NCBI GenBank assembly: GCA_963697335.1
Contig: CAVONQ010000005.1
Location: forward strand, 101,338-165,337
DNA length: 64,000 bases
Origin: an uncultured cyanobacterium
Lineage (GTDB): Bacteria; Cyanobacteriota; Cyanobacteriia; PCC-6307; Cyanobiaceae
Direction of reading: 5' to 3'
The notes under the pieces are model-generated. The model saw only the letters and a program-made list of their open reading frames with translations. It made no database searches and had not been told where the DNA came from. Positions within the stretch are counted from its first letter, which is position 1; each line of letters opens with the position of its first letter. Shown piece after piece: positions 61,017 to 64,000 of the stretch. Made by a program: the position numbers and the translations under genes.

Positions 61017-61445
61017 TGTGGAGTCCCACCAGGTTGTTCAGCTGACGATTGGGTGTGAGATCGCCAGGGTCGGGGGGTCACCGCCCGTCCCAAGACCTCA
61101 CCTGCCCTGCCGAGCCAGCCCCTGGCCCGGCCGGCGCCGATGAGTCGATAACGCCTGATCCGTCTGCACCTCGATGTGGGAGTGCCCATCGAAAGCCATT
61201 GCGGCGCAATCCGGGGTCAATCTGCACAGTGCCTACGAGTGGCTGGCGCGCTTCGGCAACGGCGGCTCCACGGCACGTCGCGGATCAACGGAGCGTTCGC
61301 CACGCCCAGCGGCAGATGCTCGATCCGCAGGAATGCCAACAGACCGTGGATCTACGACACCAGCGCCGCAAGCTCCGCCGTATCGCAAAACGCTCTCCGC
61401 GCCCAGATCCACCGTCAGGAAGGTGACGAACGCCCTAGGGGCTGT
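61017..61445 (+). mobile_element. IS481-family remnant (left end plus decayed transposase 5' part)
   Basis: End TGTGGAGTCCCACCAGGTTGTTC; fragments AYEWLARF..GG, RSVR..QR..LDP, ST.RKV..ALG. Confidence 0.7.
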
Positions 61446-61480
61446 CAAGCGCCCGCATTGGCTCGTGAGTCTCTAAATGC

Positions 61481-62618
61481 TCAGCCCACCCGTTGCTCCA
61501 TCTCGTTTTCAATGGCATCGCGGTAGGCGCTGATGAAATGGTTTGGGCCGATGTCACCAGTGGCAGATGTAAAGGCCCACTGCTCACCCGCATGGACATA
61601 GACCAAATTTGCTGCGCTCGTCGGTGGCAGGTTGGGCACCAAGTCTGCCTGGTTGATGACCCTGTAGGCATTCGGAACAATCCTGTTGAAAGCCTCCGCA
61701 AAAGTTGGATCCCCGAGCCGTGGAGATGCATAGGTGTACAGCCTAAGATTGCTACGCAGTGCAGCGACCTTCTGCGAAATGTCCAGGGCAGCCAGGCTAG
61801 CCAGAGGTGCACCAAGGCTGTGCCCTGAGAGATAGAGGGGCTTGCTCACATCCAATTGTTGTACGGCTTCGATGATGGCGTTACTGAGGCGACCATAGAT
61901 CGTGGCGAAGCCGCGATGAACTCTGCCGCGAAAGCCCAGCGTGGGCACATCACCACTGGCAATCTGCTTGGCGTTGAGTGTCTGCAGCCATTCGTGTCCC
62001 CGCTGAGTGCCTCTGAGCACCAGAATGTGATGCTGTGGGCACGTGAGCACGAAACCCCAATACACGGGATAGCTCCACTGCTCCACCAAGGCCTGGCTCG
62101 CCACCCCCTGAATCCGGCTGCGAATCAGGTTGATCCCTGCCAGGAGAGGATCCTGCTTTCGCCGGTCGTTGAGGGGCACCTGTCTTTCGGCGGTGGCCAT
62201 GTCAGGCCCTTTAATTGAGGCAACCTGCATGTAGCCAGCCAAGCGTTCCCCGAAACTGGGCAGAGCTATCGATGGCGCCCCTGTAGCGGAGATTGAACTT
62301 GCCGGTGAGGTATTGCTCTGTAGCCAGACGGCTCGCCAGAATCAACGTCTTCGAGATTGAGCGTTCATAGGGATTCGGTGGAGCTGTGAGGTTTAGCCCC
62401 GACAGGATGCGTTGCACCTCAGCAGTGGCCTCGATATCTCCCTCGATGGCCCGGGTCACGGCCTCTTCAACGGCCTGAGGACTGTTCAGGAACTGGGTTG
62501 TAAGCTCTGTCTGCCTGGAGAGAATCGTGCTGCGCCGCAGAGCACTGCCTAACCCCGAAGCCATGCTGCCAACACCCAGGGCAGTCAAAAGAATCGTACG
62601 GCGACGCCATTTAGGCAT
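61481..62618 (-). CDS. Class 3 lipase with twin-Arg-like leader, apparent +1 frameshift near 62264
   Basis: RRRTILL leader, LRGT, VHRGF, GHSLG, SPRLG, DLVP. Confidence 0.75.
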
Positions 62619-63051
62619 CGTTCACCTCCAGGGAAATCCTCGAATGACCACGAAGGAAGCCATTCATAAAGAACGTATTGAACGCAGCTCCCAGGGTCCA
62701 GGCTCCACTCATCAGCCCTGCCGACAGGGCAAAGCTTTCAATCCCTGGCACAATGGCACCGAGAAGTTCCAGTGAGCACCAGGCCAGCAACGCGATCGCA
62801 CATGCACCTGCGGTATGCGCCATCTGGCCAAGCACCGCGATCGGGTTGAAGCTGATCGCGAAGCGCCAGAGACGCGCAATGTCCCAGACCATCTTGGCCA
62901 GTAGCAACACTGTGATTACAAGCACCGGGGTCAGAAGATCCCGGAAAAGCCCGAGGATTGCCAGCCCCAGTGCGTAATCCACCACCATTTCCTGCACCAC
63001 ATCATACCGCCCGGCGATGCGCTGCCGACTTGCTCCTCGTGTCCGCAGCAC
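62611..63051 (-). CDS. Hypothetical membrane protein
   Basis: Hydrophobic ORF whose stop overlaps the lipase start; start uncertain. Confidence 0.55.
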   Translation of the reverse strand: MLRTRGASRQRIAGRYDVVQEMVVDYALGLAILGLFRDLLTPVLVITVLLLAKMVWDIARLWRFAISFNPIAVLGQMAHTAGACAIALLAWCSLELLGAIVPGIESFALSAGLMSGAWTLGAAFNTFFMNGFLRGHSRISLEVNDA

Positions 63052-63153
63052 GTGGGCGACCAGTGATCATCCGGGGATCTTGCACAAACTCCATGGACCC
63101 AAGCATCGCATGTCTATCCGGGAAATCAGTACCATGGAGAATGTCCTTGGCTG

Positions 63154-63270
63154 TGTAGTGTCACCAGGTTGTTCCGGCTGACAAAGGGGTGTGAGGCCGA
63201 CAAGGCTGTGGTGAGACCCAACAACCCAAGATCTCACACCCCATGCCTACACACCCCAATGCCTGCCTAG
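63154..63270 (+). mobile_element. Second IS481-family left-end remnant
   Basis: TGTAGTGTCACCAGGTTGTTCCGGCTGAC...GGGTGTGAG resembles the 61017 end; followed by ATG 63243 encoding MPTHPNACL. Confidence 0.7.
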
Positions 63271-64000
63271 CTAGGATTGGGATGAGTAGGAAGAGCTGGT
63301 GTTGCGGTATTCAAAGATTTCTATGGGTGCAATCCGAATGGTAATGTGCATGGTATGCACTCCCATAGACTGAATCGCATTGAAGATGCGTTGATCAATA
63401 TTGTCTATGTTTCCCTGATCCTTAATGAATTCTTCATTAGCTGCGCCGATAATATTCACATAAGCTACACCATTAACCAACTTGGTATCAACACGATGGA
63501 TCAGATTGATGTCTCGATACTTACCATCTCTGTGCAGTCCGTGTAATGCGAGCTGCACCCTGTTGTCCACTGCAAATTCATGCAGCGATGTCCCAAGGGG
63601 CCGAGAAAGCATGAGCGCAACGAGCAGCCCCAGTGCAAGTGATTTAAGTGCCTTGCGCAAACTGCCATAAGACTGGAGCACAAAAACCAAACAGGCCGAG
63701 ATCGTTATGCCTATCAGGTTTGCCAGAAAGAGTAGGGAGGCCCCGCCTGCAGCATCGAGATTTGTGACATAGAAATTGCCGAACACACCAGTCATTGTGC
63801 TTCCTCCGGCGAGCCCGATGCCCACAACACACAGGGGAGGAACCAAAGCTACTGCAATTGCCACTCCCGCAATCGAGCTGGCGATGCTCATCCGTGTCAA
63901 TGAGAATGCGCCGGCTGCTCCGGCTGCTATTGCAATCCCCAGATCCAGCATTGTTGGACGGGTTCGGCTTAGCAGTTCTGAGCCAACGACATCCCACGGC
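63271..64000 (-). CDS. DUF389 family membrane protein (3' part)
   Basis: RT.P..LDL.IA.AAG, GVAIAVALVPPL, LFLANL; low GC; 5' end outside the window. Confidence 0.8.
   Translation of the reverse strand, partial: PWDVVGSELLSRTRPTMLDLGIAIAAGAAGAFSLTRMSIASSIAGVAIAVALVPPLCVVGIGLAGGSTMTGVFGNFYVTNLDAAGGASLLFLANLIGITISACLVFVLQSYGSLRKALKSLALGLLVALMLSRPLGTSLHEFAVDNRVQLALHGLHRDGKYRDINLIHRVDTKLVNGVAYVNIIGAANEEFIKDQGNIDNIDQRIFNAIQSMGVHTMHITIRIAPIEIFEYRNTSSSYSSQS

Noticed and set aside
260..63997. Many long ORFs antisense or out of frame to real genes (e.g. 5771-7339, 13796-15667, 35549-37708, 54039-56102)
   Set aside because: Shadow ORFs expected at high GC; no motifs and they overlap well-supported genes

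Overview
High-GC picocyanobacterial (Cyanobium/Synechococcus-like, inferred from gene content) chromosomal segment. 0-16 kb is a metal-homeostasis region: znuABC-type ABC transporter, hisIE, queD, a DUF318/TIGR03943 permease pair, Zur, a C-type lectin, a COG0523 GTPase, an SLH porin, futA/futB and a Crp-family regulator, with candidate Zur/Fur boxes and two small ORFs missing from the ORF track. 16.4-34.0 kb is an accessory island between crp and furA. It holds a tandemly duplicated two-gene module of secreted proteins (six-Cys protein plus low-complexity repeat protein) followed by an outer-membrane barrel, then a sulfatase/FGE/HAD/transporter set with many decayed genes. 34-47 kb is mostly core (furA, larC, xthA, glcD, hemL, NRAMP). 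47.4-53.7 kb is a CuA-less heme-copper oxidase (ARTO-type) operon with two DUF2231 proteins, a GMC oxidoreductase and a Nif11-like protein. 54-64 kb has ggt, MscS, a DUF481 barrel, hydrolases and two IS481 left-end remnants. Several genes carry apparent single-base insertions, probably sequencing error. No rRNA, tRNA or CRISPR array was seen. Family assignments come from motif recognition, not database searches.
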